Shown here piece by piece: positions 62,101 to 64,000 of a stretch of DNA of 64,000 bases. The stretch is taken from assembly GCA_950097015.1 (NCBI GenBank), contig CATNEN010000038.1, forward strand, positions 26,722,001 through 26,786,000, given 5' to 3'. Below the pieces are notes generated by a model. The model was not told the DNA's origin and searched no databases. It worked only from the letters and a program-made list of their open reading frames with translations. Positions within the stretch are counted from its first letter, which is position 1; every line of letters begins with the position of its first letter. The translations under genes and the position numbers were made by a program. Origin of the DNA: Macrostomum hystrix. Lineage: Eukaryota > Animalia > Platyhelminthes.

Positions 62101-64000
62101 GTGAATGCTGGATATTGGGATCAGTGGGATCAGAATAGTGAATGCTGGATATTGGGATCAGAATAGTGAATGCTGGATGTTGGGATCAGAATAGTGAATG
62201 CTGGATGTTGGGATCAGTAGGATCAGAATAGTGAATGCTGGATATTGGGATCAGTGGGATCAGAATAGTGAATGCTGGATATTGGGATCAGAATAGTGAA
62301 TGCTGGATGTTGGGATCAGAATAGTGAATGCTGGATGTTGGGATCAGAATAGTGAATGCTGGATGTTGGGATCAGTAGGATCAGAATAGTGAATGCTGGA
62401 TATTGGGATCAGTGGGATCAGAATAGTGAATGCTGGATATTGGGATCAGAATAGTGAATGCTGGATGTTGGGATCAGAATAGTGAATGCTGGATGTTGGG
62501 ATCAGTAGGATCAGAATAGTGAATGCTGGATATTGGGATCAGTGGGATCAGAATAGTGAATGCTGGATATTGGGATCAGAATAGTGAATGCTGGATGTTG
62601 GGATCAGAATAGTGAATGCTGGATGTTGGGATCAGTAGGATCAGAATAGTGAATGCTGGATATTGGGATCAGTGGGATCAGAATAGTGAATGCTGGATAT
62701 TGGGATCAGAATAGTGAATGATGGATATTGGGATCAGTGGGATCAGAATAGTGGATGGTGGATATTGGGATCAGTGGGATCAGAATAGTGAATGCTGGAT
62801 ATTGGGATCAGTGGGATCAGAATAGTGAATGCTGGATATTGGGATCAGAATAGTGAATGCTGGATATTGGGATCAGTGGGATCAGAATAGTGAATGCTGG
62901 ATATTGGGATCAGAATAGTGAATGATGGATATTGGGATCAGTGGGATCAGAATAGTGGATGGTGGATATTGGGATCAGTGGGATCAGAATAGTGAATGCT
63001 GGATATTGGGATCAGTGGGATCAGAATAGTGAATGCTGGATATTGGGATCAGAATAGTGAATGATGGATATTGGGATCAGTGGGATCAGAATAGTGAATG
63101 CTGGATATTGGGATCAGAATAGTGAATGCTGGATGTTGGGATCAGAATAGTGAATGCTGGATGTTGGGATCAGTAGGATCAGAATAGTGAATGCTGGATA
63201 TTGGGATCAGTGGGATCAGAATAGTGAATGCTGGATATTGGGATCAGAATAGTGAATGCTGGATGTTGGGATCAGAATAGTGAATGCTGGATGTTGGGAT
63301 CAGTAGGATCAGAATAGTGAATGCTGGATATTGGGATCAGTGGGATCAGAATAGTGAATGCTGGATATTGGGATCAGTGGGATCAGAATAGTGAATGCTG
63401 GATATTGGGATCAGTAGGATCAGAATAGTGAATGCTGGATGTTGGGATCAGTAGGATCAGAATAGTGAATGCTGGATATTGGGATCAGTGGGATCAGAAT
63501 AGTGAATGCTGGATATTGGGATCAGAATAGTGAATGCTGGATGTTGGGATCAGAATAGTGAATGCTGGATGTTGGGATCAGTAGGATCAGAATAGTGAAT
63601 GCTGGATATTGGGATCAGTGGGATCAGAATAGTGAATGCTGGATATTGGGATCAGAATAGTGAATGCTGGATGTTGGGATCAGAATAGTGAATGCTGGAT
63701 GTTGGGATCAGTAGGATCAGAATAGTGAATGCTGGATATTGGGATCAGTGGGATCAGAATAGTGAATGCTGGATATTGGGATCAGAATAGTGAATGATGG
63801 ATATTGGGATCAGTGGGATCAGAATAGTGAATGCTGGATATTGGGATCAGAATAGTGAATGCTGGATGTTGGGATCAGTAGGATCAGAATAGTGAATGCT
63901 GGATATTGGGATCAGTGGGATCAGAATAGTGAATGCTGGATATTGGGATCAGAATAGTGAATGCTGGATGTTGGGATCAGAATAGTGAATGCTGGATGTT
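59110..64000. repeat. 37/28-bp satellite (GGATCAGTGGGATCAGAATAGTGAATGCTGGATATTG) with a 130-bp higher-order unit
   Basis: 37-bp monomers near the exon give way to 37+37+28+28 blocks (ATCAGTAGGA at 60431, 60561, 60691). The array continues past the window end. Confidence 0.98.

Overview
This is eukaryotic, animal-type DNA with spliced genes, polyQ/polyA low-complexity exons and roughly half its length in tandem minisatellites. The style suggests a macrostomid flatworm such as Macrostomum, but that is inference. Genes: (1) a rhodopsin-class peptide-type GPCR on the minus strand (TM2-TM7 exons at 8839-946; TM1 not found, possibly decaying); (2) an orphan Ser-rich single-exon ORF (12672-11932, minus); (3) a three-exon, membrane-anchored FkbM-like methyltransferase (14100-25727, plus); (4) a complete three-exon Cdx/caudal ParaHox gene (46425-34952, minus) flanked by TCF/LEF plus GC-helper site pairs; (5) the last three exons of VPS26 (59088-55259, minus). 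Mobile DNA: a degraded non-LTR RT fragment, tRNA-derived CORE-like SINEs, two hAT MITEs that carry a 16-bp minisatellite, a foldback-like 16-bp satellite structure, and two distinct, open, 5'-truncated RNase H-bearing non-LTR retrotransposons. The last two are the most striking signal. They sit head-to-tail in one (CAG)n microsatellite upstream of Cdx, each has a candidate 14-bp TSD, and each TSD starts at the variant triplet (CAA or AAG) that matches that element's own 3' tail repeat. Most long ORFs in the supplied track are satellite read-throughs, not genes.
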